64,000 bases of DNA, from contig JAHPZH010000003.1 in the NCBI GenBank assembly GCA_019058315.1, positions 556,451 to 620,450 on the forward strand, given 5' to 3'. This document shows, one piece after another, positions 49,692 through 59,093 of the stretch. The DNA comes from Candidatus Helarchaeota archaeon (GTDB lineage: Archaea > Asgardarchaeota > Lokiarchaeia > Helarchaeales > RDOG01). Positions within the stretch are counted from its first letter, which is position 1, and each line of letters opens with the position of its first letter. The notes below the pieces were generated by a model. That model did not search any database, was not told the DNA's origin, and was given only the letters and a program-made list of their open reading frames with translations. The translations under genes and the position numbers were made by a program.

Positions 49692-51416
49692 TTAAAAAAG
49701 GTCTTTTTCCTTGATCTTTTTTCCATTCGTATTAGATATATTATCATTAGCCTCAATTTGTAAATTTGGTTCAAAGGGTAAATAGTTCACTAAACCATGA
49801 CTATCCATACTTTCAACATTTCCAGAAATTTTACGTTTGATAATTTCTGGAAAAATATTAACATCCAATGGCAGAATATGTGATTTACAATCTGTTGATA
49901 GCATATTTACCAGGTATTTTTTTCCCACAAAATACGTACATGCTTTCCAGTACCCTATTTCCTCTCCTAATTGGTAATTGTCCAGTTCTTGCCAAAACCC
50001 TTCAAATTCCTTACTTTCATCAGGATAAAGTAAGTGCATTATTTTTGATTTTCGCATATTAGTATCGGAATCCCCGTACCAACTGTTTAGTTGCATTAAT
50101 TTAAATTTAGCTTCATCTTTAACAATATCAGATTTAAAATTATTTATCAATCGAGTCAAATTACTCTTTATTCTTTTTTGTTCCTTATTTAATTCGGGTT
50201 CTGTAAAGGGATGTAGTCGTAGAATAAATACAAAATCGTCCACACTTTCGGAATTGTTCGTTATTCTATTCAAAAATGTAAAAAGACCAGATTCACTTGC
50301 ACTAGTTTCCAAAATTTGCGTCCTAACATTTCGATTTCCCGATCTTTGGATTGAAATTTTAGCTTGGGGAGTTTGTTGCCGACTTAAAAGATTCATTTTC
50401 AGCTGAAAAATAGATGATTTTTTCTTATTCATACCCGATTCTAAAATTACAGTTTCACCTTCTGGTGATGGATTTTTTTGAATTTTTGAACCTTCCAGCG
50501 GATCCCAGATTAGGTACGGTCCTTCGAGAATTTTCTCCATGGTATAATCATCCCAGATTGCGGAGGGCTCATAACCAAAGGTTCGCAAATAATCATATAG
50601 TTCATAAAACTTTTTTTTACACAATTCCATAGCTCTTTCATACAATCTATCTTTTTCCATTATTCCACAATAAAAGTGTAATTGATTTTTTATATAATGA
50701 ATTTCCAACGTGATTTCTATATCAGCTTTATAAAAAACTGTTAAAAGCTGGACTGGATCATATCCTCCTTTTATTTCCAAGTATTTCAACGCTCTAAAGA
50801 TACAAAAATATTTTAGAAATATATAGAACAATAACGATATTCCGGATATTATTGCACAAGTTGTTGCACTCCACGGAAATCCCGGAACATTTGTCAGTTC
50901 ATAAATTAGAAATAGGAACGTGCTGAATATCCATAATACAAAATTGATTAGCAATATTGCTTTTAATCTTTCATCCTCTTCTTTATAAACGTAAGCTTTG
51001 TATTCCTTGTCGTAGGCAAATGGGTGACCAGGATAAGGGGTGAAAAAAGAAAAAATTCTAAATTTATTTAATAATCCTGCCCGATTATACCAAGCATAAG
51101 CAAGAAATAGGGGGATGATTATTGTACTGAAAGCTAACCATTCCGAAATTGTCGAAAGATAGTAATATAGGCAAATATATAAATGCAAAACCATCCCAAA
51201 TAATGCAAGATTAGTTAGATCTGGGAGTTTCAATTGATCTTGAAAATATTGCGAGGCTATAATTAGACCCATCCAGGTCAAGATCAGTATTAAATACCCA
51301 GCCCAATTTCCTTCAATCGCTTCGACAGTTCCCAATGTAAAAAGACTGACTAGAAAATAGATCAGTCCTGCTATAACTGCTATAATGATAACGTATTTCC
51401 AATTAATTCCTAGCAT
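49692..51416 (-). CDS. Six-TM membrane protein with large soluble C-terminal region
   Basis: Hydrophobic N-terminal 200 aa; coupled to the RadB-like gene. Confidence 0.75.
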   Translation of the reverse strand: MLGINWKYVIIIAVIAGLIYFLVSLFTLGTVEAIEGNWAGYLILILTWMGLIIASQYFQDQLKLPDLTNLALFGMVLHLYICLYYYLSTISEWLAFSTIIIPLFLAYAWYNRAGLLNKFRIFSFFTPYPGHPFAYDKEYKAYVYKEEDERLKAILLINFVLWIFSTFLFLIYELTNVPGFPWSATTCAIISGISLLFYIFLKYFCIFRALKYLEIKGGYDPVQLLTVFYKADIEITLEIHYIKNQLHFYCGIMEKDRLYERAMELCKKKFYELYDYLRTFGYEPSAIWDDYTMEKILEGPYLIWDPLEGSKIQKNPSPEGETVILESGMNKKKSSIFQLKMNLLSRQQTPQAKISIQRSGNRNVRTQILETSASESGLFTFLNRITNNSESVDDFVFILRLHPFTEPELNKEQKRIKSNLTRLINNFKSDIVKDEAKFKLMQLNSWYGDSDTNMRKSKIMHLLYPDESKEFEGFWQELDNYQLGEEIGYWKACTYFVGKKYLVNMLSTDCKSHILPLDVNIFPEIIKRKISGNVESMDSHGLVNYLPFEPNLQIEANDNISNTNGKKIKEKDLF

Positions 51417-52123
51417 TTTTCAAACCTATATAACCCATAATCTCCTATTTGGAAAGTTAAGTCGACCAAGTCTTTTTTGTGGAAGACTTTCTTTATTATT
51501 ATTGATCTTTTATTTTCAATGGAGTCTTTTTTGAATTCTAGGACATATTTACAGAATTTATTCGCCAATTGTCCTACAGCAACCTTCAATTCAGGATTAA
51601 AACATGCCCTAGTTTGACCAATTAAAATTATATGGAGATCATATGTCAGAACAATCCCTGCAATTATTGGTAATTGTATATTAAATAAATCTCTTCTAGA
51701 TCTAAATTCTAGATTTTCTTTGCTATGTAAGCGATAATAATGTATGAAAGGGTCGAGGACAATAAGCTTAGTAGAGTAGTTAATATATTTTTCTAGATTT
51801 TTTATCAATTCCATATTTTCTTTATAACTCTGAGGTCTGAATAATTTAATTTTAGAAGCGATTGAGTTATCATCATGGTTCATTAGGATAAGTCGATTAA
51901 AATCAAATGAATTATTTGTGTCGATCCATATAACTTCAAATCCATTTTGAATCGTTTCAAGAGACAATTGCATAGCAAATATAGTTTTTCCAGTGCCACT
52001 ATCCCCATAGTAATGACTTATGGTATTGTATTGGAACCCACCATCTAATAAACCATCTAAGGAGGGATGCTTTGTTGAAATAAACCCATTATTACTTAAT
52101 CTAATTTTCATTTTATCACTCAA
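51410..52123 (-). CDS. RadB-like RecA-family protein
   Basis: ISTKHPSLDGLLDGG, GDSGTGKT, WIDTNNSF, IVLDP; no N-terminal HhH domain. Confidence 0.85.
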   Translation of the reverse strand: MSDKMKIRLSNNGFISTKHPSLDGLLDGGFQYNTISHYYGDSGTGKTIFAMQLSLETIQNGFEVIWIDTNNSFDFNRLILMNHDDNSIASKIKLFRPQSYKENMELIKNLEKYINYSTKLIVLDPFIHYYRLHSKENLEFRSRRDLFNIQLPIIAGIVLTYDLHIILIGQTRACFNPELKVAVGQLANKFCKYVLEFKKDSIENKRSIIIKKVFHKKDLVDLTFQIGDYGLYRFEKC

Positions 52124-52325
52124 ATGTCTGAAATCCTATATCTGGACTCATATTTCCCAATTTTAACTCTTGAATGTATTCTAATGCGGATTTAGCCTTC
52201 TCAAATGTCTTAATTCTTTCATATCGATTCTTTATACCGCACTTTCTGCAAGTTACACCTTTCTGGTTTGCCCTAATGAACGTTAATTCTTGACATTTAA
52301 GGCATTTTATTACAATATATGCCAT
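52116..52325 (-). CDS. Small zinc-ribbon protein (DUF1922-like)
   Basis: YIVIKCLKC...QKGVTCRKCG. Confidence 0.7.
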   Translation of the reverse strand: MAYIVIKCLKCQELTFIRANQKGVTCRKCGIKNRYERIKTFEKAKSALEYIQELKLGNMSPDIGFQTFE

Positions 52326-52493
52326 TGCTGTTTCCTTTTGTCGTATTTTTTTAAGAAAAAGAGGGTGAGAGTTTTTGATTTTAAAGTTTTCTATCTCAAT
52401 AAAATCTACTTGAGAAAAAATAAGGAATATAGCATGACCTTATATGAATTTCGAAAAAAAAATAAAAAAATAAGTTTTTCATAACATATTTTT

Positions 52494-53045
52494 TCACTGT
52501 ACCAATGATTGGATTACTAAAGTCATTCCGGAATTACCGCCAAAATATCCTGTACCACTATTAACACCAGCTTGTACTTGAATTAAATGAACACCCGGAG
52601 TAACATTGAAAATTATTTGTTGTAAAGATACTGACATATAAAGTGACCCATAACTGCTAACGTAGGGTGGATGTTGAGAAACACCATCTAAAGCAAACCT
52701 CAAATATACGTAATTTGGACCATCAGTCCTTGCGATACAATTAAGGCTTAAATATAAGGATATTTTATTAGTACCTTCTATTATAATAGTAGTGTTCATT
52801 TGAGTAATGTTTACACAATTCGGCCATGTATTAGTAGTAGTAAATTCACCATCAAATTGTGTATACCATGTATTTAGTACACCTTGTTGAGGAGTGGCAG
52901 CTTCTTCTCCACCGGCTATTTGCGATAGAATCAATATAGGATTTATTGGTTCTGGTTGTGTCATAGTGATATATCCAAAAGTTACTCCCGCAGCTCCAAT
53001 AACAATAGCTATAACAACAATGGCTTTTAATGTATTTTTCTCCAT
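52494..53045 (-). CDS. Membrane-anchored beta-sandwich surface protein
   Basis: N-terminal TM segment; beta-rich C-terminus (LRFALDG...PGVHLIQVQ). Confidence 0.65.
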   Translation of the reverse strand: MEKNTLKAIVVIAIVIGAAGVTFGYITMTQPEPINPILILSQIAGGEEAATPQQGVLNTWYTQFDGEFTTTNTWPNCVNITQMNTTIIIEGTNKISLYLSLNCIARTDGPNYVYLRFALDGVSQHPPYVSSYGSLYMSVSLQQIIFNVTPGVHLIQVQAGVNSGTGYFGGNSGMTLVIQSLVQ

Positions 53046-53190
53046 AATACTACCTCCAAAATTAAAAAGAAATCATGTATAGATTTATTTTTTTATATTT
53101 AAGCTTTTACCATTATCTCTAATTTTAGATATACACTATCACAACCTTTTTAAATTAAACCTCAGACCTGCTAATTTCAAGTGGTTTAAA

Positions 53191-54363
53191 ATGGCATTAG
53201 AATTAAAAAACATAAAAGGTCTGAGAACGATGGATCTAACGAATCTCAGGGAAAATGGGATAGTTGATATCAACTATCTCGCTTCAGCGACAATCCATGA
53301 ACTTGAAGCTATTGGTTTCGGTAAGGATAGGGCTCAAAGAATAATCGAGGAAGCTGGGAAAATACTAGATGAGTTTATGGGAGCCAAAGATGGGTTTCTC
53401 ATGGGGACTGACCTCATAAAACAGTATTCTAAAATGGAAAGGTTGTCAACGGGTAGCCCCTCATTTGATAAGATTCTTGGTGGTGGTTTTGAAACGCAAA
53501 AGGTGTATGAAGTTTATGGAAAAGAAAAGTCTGGAAAATCAAGATTATGTCATCAATTAGTGGTACGTGCTCATCTATCGAAAGAAAAAGGTGGGTTAGG
53601 ATCACCAGCAGCGGTTTATATTGATACAGAAGGGACGTTTAACATGAAAACTCTGAAAACGATGGCACAATATGTTGGTCTCGACCCTGAAATGGTATCA
53701 AAGAACTTGGCTTATTCAAAACCTCCAACGAGTGGGACTTTGAATTATATAATTTGGAAGCATTTACCAAAAATCATGGAACAGACGGGTGCCAGGATAG
53801 TAATTTTGGATTCCATCGCAACCCACTTTCGGGCAGAATATGGAATTGCAAGGCAATTACTTCCAGAAAGGCAGATGAGGGCAAATCAAGTCATCCATAA
53901 CTTGAAAAAAGCAGCTACAAAATTTAATGCTCTTATCGTCATGACTAATCAAGCAGTGGCCAATGTCTCGGGTTATGGGGCTCCTTACAATCATGCTATG
54001 GGATTAGTTGTTGGTCATGAATCTCAAGTTCGTATCAGGATTCAAAAAAAGTCAGGTCCCGAAAGAGAAATCATGATTGAAAAAGCGATAGATCTACCCG
54101 AAGATACTTGTAAATTAGATATGACAGAGTTTGGTTTTGAAGAACAAAAGGAAAAAAAGAAGAAGGGTAAAAAGAAAATTAAGGAGGAAGAAGAGTCAGA
54201 AGAACAAGAGGAAGAATCAACCGAAGAAGAAATTGTCGAAAATGAAGTGGAACCAGAACTCGAGTCAGATGTGAATGGTGAGAAAGAAACCACAGCCAAA
54301 GTGACCAAGACCAAAAAAGCAAAAAAAGCGAAAAAGAAAGCAACGAAATCAGAGAGTTCATAA
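53191..54363 (+). CDS. radA: RadA/Rad51-like recombinase, divergent paralog with charged C-terminal tail
   Basis: N-terminal HhH domain, LSTGSPSFDKILGGG, GKEKSGKS, YIDTEGTF, ILDS..HFRAEY, ERQ, TNQ. Confidence 0.85.
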   Translation: MALELKNIKGLRTMDLTNLRENGIVDINYLASATIHELEAIGFGKDRAQRIIEEAGKILDEFMGAKDGFLMGTDLIKQYSKMERLSTGSPSFDKILGGGFETQKVYEVYGKEKSGKSRLCHQLVVRAHLSKEKGGLGSPAAVYIDTEGTFNMKTLKTMAQYVGLDPEMVSKNLAYSKPPTSGTLNYIIWKHLPKIMEQTGARIVILDSIATHFRAEYGIARQLLPERQMRANQVIHNLKKAATKFNALIVMTNQAVANVSGYGAPYNHAMGLVVGHESQVRIRIQKKSGPEREIMIEKAIDLPEDTCKLDMTEFGFEEQKEKKKKGKKKIKEEEESEEQEEESTEEEIVENEVEPELESDVNGEKETTAKVTKTKKAKKAKKKATKSESS

Positions 54364-54365
54364 GT

Positions 54366-55127
54366 TTGTCAAGGACTAGACCTTTAATTATTCTTTTTTT
54401 AATCCCACTATTATTTTTTTCTCTAATCCCCGAATCTAAGGCGGAGTTATCCATCCCATTAATACGATTACCCTATCCAGATCTTACCTTATATTATCTA
54501 ATTGAGGGAGAAAGTATATTACAAAACGTAAATCCCTTACTTACCGTAAACTCGAGGCATAAATCATTCCTCCCAACTAGTATGTTACGTGTGACATTTC
54601 CAGACTATTATAATAAATCTAAAAAAGAGATGGTATATGAATTACGATATTTTGGATTTACAAATGGAGTAAATACTACTCTCAACGAATTAACCAGGGC
54701 CACAAAAGATGATCAATTTTGTCCGTTTTACCTTAAATATAGTGGAATTCCCAATATTATAGGTCTTGAATTTGACTGGATATATGAGTATGGGGGTGTT
54801 AAATATATTCAATGGAAAGATATTTGGTTAAAAACTACATTATATTACTTTAATTATCAAGATGGTGCCACAACATATTCATTTCGATTTTATTATGATT
54901 ACACAAGTCATGTTTTAATCCAATTAGAAGAAGAGACCACCACAAATTTAATCCAGACACAATACTTGAAATATACTTTGTTCATCGGAAATGTGTATGT
55001 AACCCAGCAATCTAATTTTACAGGAGAATGGGGGCAGATGGCAAATTATGTTATTGCTATTATAATTTCTTTGGTAGCCACGATATTTTTTGGATTGTTT
55101 TTAGTAAAGAAAAAAATGAAAAATTAG
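54366..55127 (+). CDS. Secreted protein with C-terminal TM anchor
   Basis: Signal-like N-terminus; C-terminal TM followed by KKKMK; 2 nt after the radA stop. Confidence 0.7.
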   Translation: MSRTRPLIILFLIPLLFFSLIPESKAELSIPLIRLPYPDLTLYYLIEGESILQNVNPLLTVNSRHKSFLPTSMLRVTFPDYYNKSKKEMVYELRYFGFTNGVNTTLNELTRATKDDQFCPFYLKYSGIPNIIGLEFDWIYEYGGVKYIQWKDIWLKTTLYYFNYQDGATTYSFRFYYDYTSHVLIQLEEETTTNLIQTQYLKYTLFIGNVYVTQQSNFTGEWGQMANYVIAIIISLVATIFFGLFLVKKKMKN

Positions 55128-55136
55128 GTGTATTAA

Positions 55137-55304
55137 ATGATAGAGTTAGAAAACTTAAGCATAGAAGATATAATCAAAAAAATAAAAACCTGCGAGTTTT
55201 TTAATGGGTTTAAAGATGTTAAAGTATATTGCAAATTGGAAAAAGGTTTAACATCAATTAAAAATTGTATATCTTGTATAAGCATTTTGGAGAGTCAAAA
55301 TTAA
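55137..55304 (+). CDS. Small Cys-containing ORF, 55 aa (MIELENLS...CEFF...YCKL...CISC...)
   Basis: Translated by hand; AGGTG upstream; four Cys. Confidence 0.55.
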   Translation: MIELENLSIEDIIKKIKTCEFFNGFKDVKVYCKLEKGLTSIKNCISCISILESQN

Positions 55305-55329
55305 GGTCGTTTAAAAATATACGGAGTTT

Positions 55330-56154
55330 TTGACAAGCATGTCTGAGAATATACTTTTTCATGAAAAAAAGCACGGTTTATGTGGTTTTATAACAAATAA
55401 AGAAATTCGGGTTCTTTTGGGAAAAGATTATGTAGAACGGAATTATGTAGAGGTCGAATCTGAGATTATGGTCACTGAAACTAAAATTATTATTACACCT
55501 AAAATGAAAAATTATGATTCAATTACTCTTCCAATCAATCAAATAGTCCATGTAGAAAAAAAAGGAGAGTTTGAAGTAGATAAATGTGATAAAAAATGCT
55601 TTTCTTGGATATTTTTACAAAATGGCGTTAATTATAAAATTACATTTAATAGGGGAGCCAATAATAAATCAGAAAAAACTTATGATATGGATTTGAATAA
55701 TGCTTTTTATGGCGCACTGAGGCTCCCTTTGAGGCAGATTCATCAAGAAAGACAAAGAAAAAAAAGAAATTTGTTACAGAAAAAAGAAAAAACAAAAATT
55801 AATTGGTTTAGAAGTAGGATTAAAAAGTACCTTATCCCCTATAATGAGATCACTTTTAAAAAAATTGCAGCAGACTTCGATCTGAACATAATTCTCGTGG
55901 AAGAGGAACTAAAAAAGATGATTGCGAATGATATAATTAAGGGGAAGTTAATTCCAAATGGAATCGTCTTTTCAAGTCAGACTCATAATCAGCAAGTTCA
56001 ACAATCATTCGTTATTAATGCCACACTACCATCTGGAACAATAGAAGTGGGATCGAGGGCGTCAATTTGTCCACAATGTAAGGCACCATTAAAACGTGAG
56101 CCTCCTTGTAAATGTGATTATTGTAGTTTTCTCATTTCAAGCCCAGACAGATGA
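55330..56154 (+). CDS. PH/GRAM-like + PCI-like wHTH + zinc-ribbon protein
   Basis: EIMVTETKIII...ITLPINQI; YNEITFKKIAADFDL...VEEELKKMIANDIIKGKL; CPQC...CDYC. Confidence 0.7.
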   Translation: MTSMSENILFHEKKHGLCGFITNKEIRVLLGKDYVERNYVEVESEIMVTETKIIITPKMKNYDSITLPINQIVHVEKKGEFEVDKCDKKCFSWIFLQNGVNYKITFNRGANNKSEKTYDMDLNNAFYGALRLPLRQIHQERQRKKRNLLQKKEKTKINWFRSRIKKYLIPYNEITFKKIAADFDLNIILVEEELKKMIANDIIKGKLIPNGIVFSSQTHNQQVQQSFVINATLPSGTIEVGSRASICPQCKAPLKREPPCKCDYCSFLISSPDR

Positions 56155-56378
56155 TTAGGATGACTATCGTAATAACAATAAATACAAGAAAATAGAATGA
56201 GGTTTAAATGACTCTATTATTTCAAGATATTAATAAATGACTTACCTATAAAAAAAAGTTTATAAATTAGTAAAATAAAATTTGCTTTAGATAATAAAAG
56301 GGGTGAAAAAGTACGTCATATACTGATAAGAATCTAACAATTGTTGGTTTAGGTGTTTATGAATTAGTTGTAGGGCTT

Positions 56379-56813
56379 GTGGTTGCGTTTATACCAACTT
56401 TTAAAATGGTTCGTTTGATAGGACTTATTGCACTTGGAGCTATGATAATTTTAATAGTGGGGATATTATTTATTCTAAGTGGCACCTTTTCTAGCAAAAA
56501 TATTGCAACAATCGCTTTTTTATTTGGTCTTATTAGTTGGATTATTTACATAGTTATAAGCATAATTGGGATAAACACAAACCTCAAGGCAATGGAAGAG
56601 AATTTGATTAATGCATTAATAATGAGTTATATGATCTTTAGACATTGGGAATTATTTTTCATGTTTTTAGGACCAACTAAAAGTATTCAAATGGGTTTAA
56701 TATTATCATGTATCCGTTTAGGGTTAACAATTTCTTTACCTGCCGTTGGAACTATTATATTAGTCATTTTAGTCAGAGAAGATAGATTATATGGTTTTTC
56801 AAGTTTTAGATAG
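56379..56813 (+). CDS. Membrane protein (reading frame extends upstream to about 56307)
   Basis: Three to four TM segments. Confidence 0.6.
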   Translation: MVAFIPTFKMVRLIGLIALGAMIILIVGILFILSGTFSSKNIATIAFLFGLISWIIYIVISIIGINTNLKAMEENLINALIMSYMIFRHWELFFMFLGPTKSIQMGLILSCIRLGLTISLPAVGTIILVILVREDRLYGFSSFR

Positions 56814-56973
56814 TTAATGGGAGAATTTACAAAATATTTAACCCACAATGGCAGAAAGATAGTTATTATATGTTAGTTTTTAGTCTCTATAATGAGACCT
56901 TAAAATGCGGGTTTTAAACTTTCCCATATCTTTTTTAACTGTGGAAGGGGATTTTAATTGTTAAGATCTTACC

Positions 56974-57375
56974 TCAATTTAAAATTTTTCCACAAAATTT
57001 ACAAACAGCTATTTCATTATTTAATAACTTTTGCCCTTGTTCTTTACTTATGGGGGCATGACAATGTGAACATTCCCATTTTGCTTTAGCTTCACTTACT
57101 TTTTTTTCTTCGGTTTTTACTTTTTTCCGTGGAATTTTATTTTTCTTTCCAATATATATCATAGTTTTATCAAATAATCGAAATTCAATTTCTCCATCTT
57201 GTATCATTTTCTTAATTATGGGTTTAATAAATTTAGCTTTATAATTCAACTTAGAAGCTATTTTAGGGATTGTTATTGTATTATACTGAGAGAGAAGTTT
57301 CTTTAATTTAATTTTAGCTTTCTCTTCTGCTTCTCTTAATTCTTTTTCTTTTTCTAATTTTCTAATTTTTTTCAT
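56974..57375 (-). CDS. PCI-like wHTH + zinc-ribbon protein
   Basis: YNTITIPKIASKLNY...IIKKMIQDGEI; CSHC...CKFCG. Confidence 0.65.
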   Translation of the reverse strand: MKKIRKLEKEKELREAEEKAKIKLKKLLSQYNTITIPKIASKLNYKAKFIKPIIKKMIQDGEIEFRLFDKTMIYIGKKNKIPRKKVKTEEKKVSEAKAKWECSHCHAPISKEQGQKLLNNEIAVCKFCGKILN

Positions 57376-57576
57376 TATATGTCACAATATAATTTTATCC
57401 ACTAAAGATTAAATTCTGATTATTAATGTCATTTGATCAAATCGATCCTCTCTTAATTCTTTTTAATTTTTTATATATTTTTATTTTACTAAATCGGTGA
57501 TTTTAAAAAAATTCGCTAATTTCTTCCTTCAAACACGCTTCCAGTTACCAACAAAACTCAATAATCAGTGTAATGT

Positions 57577-58074
57577 TCAAGCCCTTAACTTTTTATCTAC
57601 AATCCATTTTTCTATAATGAATGATTGTGATATCTCTTTTAAATGAGTAAAATTAGGAATTATGGTAGATTTAGGAAACCAGACTTTCGTTTTGGCATCT
57701 AATTCTAATAATAGACCTGCTTTAGTTTCAGCAATTATTTTTCCTTCAATTTTTGCAGTTTTTAAATTAAATACCTCTACAATCGTCTCAGGAATATCTG
57801 CTAATTGACCGCAGTATTTAACCATCCGTTCCTTTGCTTCGCTTAAAAATTCTCCAGATAAATTATTCCCCGAAAGTATCCATTTTGCACAATATGACAA
57901 GATACCAGCATCAGGTTTGTTAAAACCTACACCATTTCGATATCTACTTCGATTTATATATTTTTCATCATGTGTTTGGTTTTTATAAATGGCAACTATC
58001 GCCCATTCGAGAAAATTCTGATCGTTAAACAGTTTATATCTTAATTTTCTAATTATTTCATTTCTAGATCTCAT
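57577..58074 (-). CDS. Hypothetical protein with a phage-type NGVGFNKPDA helical domain and SH3-like C-terminus
   Basis: AIVAIYKNQTHDE...NGVGFNKPDA...KYCGQL; AETKAGLL...VWFPKS...WI. Confidence 0.55.
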   Translation of the reverse strand: MRSRNEIIRKLRYKLFNDQNFLEWAIVAIYKNQTHDEKYINRSRYRNGVGFNKPDAGILSYCAKWILSGNNLSGEFLSEAKERMVKYCGQLADIPETIVEVFNLKTAKIEGKIIAETKAGLLLELDAKTKVWFPKSTIIPNFTHLKEISQSFIIEKWIVDKKLRA

Positions 58075-58079
58075 TTAAA

Positions 58080-58751
58080 TCACGAATTAGTAACAGTGGC
58101 AACCTTATAACATCCGATTAATAGAATTAAAGCCATAAAATAAGTAGAAATGAAATAAAACCAATTTATTTCATATACTGAATAAGCATTCCAAGAACCC
58201 GCAAACCATGCAGGAATAAAAGCAATAACAAGAGACATTAATTCAAATAGGGACCGCTTAGCATTAGTGTTAAATGGAACAAAAATAGTCTTTAGGTCTG
58301 GAGGGCTAGGCAATGCTGTAAATGTAAGGGTAAATATTAAATAATATTTTATTGCTTCATGTAAATTCGGTAAATAATAAAGTATTAATCCTACAAAAAG
58401 TCCATTTATGATGGCAGGACCTACTGAAATAAGAAAACTACTTAAAAAACTTTCCGGTTCTTCACAATCTACATATCCTGCTGCACCTGGTACTTCAGGG
58501 TCACCAAAAGTAAAAAATTTGACTTTTCTTACAGGTGTGCCAGTTATTATGCAAAAAATGAAATGACCAAACTCATGTAGGGCAATCCCTGGAATACAGA
58601 TTACTAAAAAGAATTTTCCAAGATAAGATACATATCTTTTAAAAGCTTCAATCTTTAATATTGAATTTATAACTATCGAGGCGAAAACTACTGCTATTAT
58701 TACCGTAACACCGAAAGGGATAAAATCAGATATGCTTTGGATTATTTCCAT
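58080..58751 (-). CDS. Membrane zinc metalloprotease (M50-like/DUF3267)
   Basis: PGIALHEFGH, GYV, ISVGP, PSPPDL. Confidence 0.8.
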   Translation of the reverse strand: MEIIQSISDFIPFGVTVIIAVVFASIVINSILKIEAFKRYVSYLGKFFLVICIPGIALHEFGHFIFCIITGTPVRKVKFFTFGDPEVPGAAGYVDCEEPESFLSSFLISVGPAIINGLFVGLILYYLPNLHEAIKYYLIFTLTFTALPSPPDLKTIFVPFNTNAKRSLFELMSLVIAFIPAWFAGSWNAYSVYEINWFYFISTYFMALILLIGCYKVATVTNS

Positions 58752-59093
58752 TTATATCATCTTATTTTTCTTGAATTTTAGTCGAGTATTTGATTTTACT
58801 TTTAAGTTTTTTGTTAATTAGAAATCAAATATTTTACTAGATATTTACAATATCTATGGTTTATAATAATGATATTATACAAATATCGTCCCAGATTATC
58901 TATTTATTAGAAAAATATCTTCTCATAAATTTAAATGGTTTATAATTTTAGTAATTTTATGCAGATAATGCATAACTCAAATTAAATTGAATTTTTGACA
59001 ACCAATAATTTTATAAAGAAAAGCTTGAGCTTGGCTTTTTTCAAAACGAGAATACAACAAAAATTATTCAAAAATTGATTCGGACCGAATAAT

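Noticed and set aside
49660-49705. Second frameshift at the end of the 574-aa gene (GAC CTT TTT TAA)
   Set aside because: The heptamer is not canonical, there is no strong downstream stem, and no long ORF continues in another frame.
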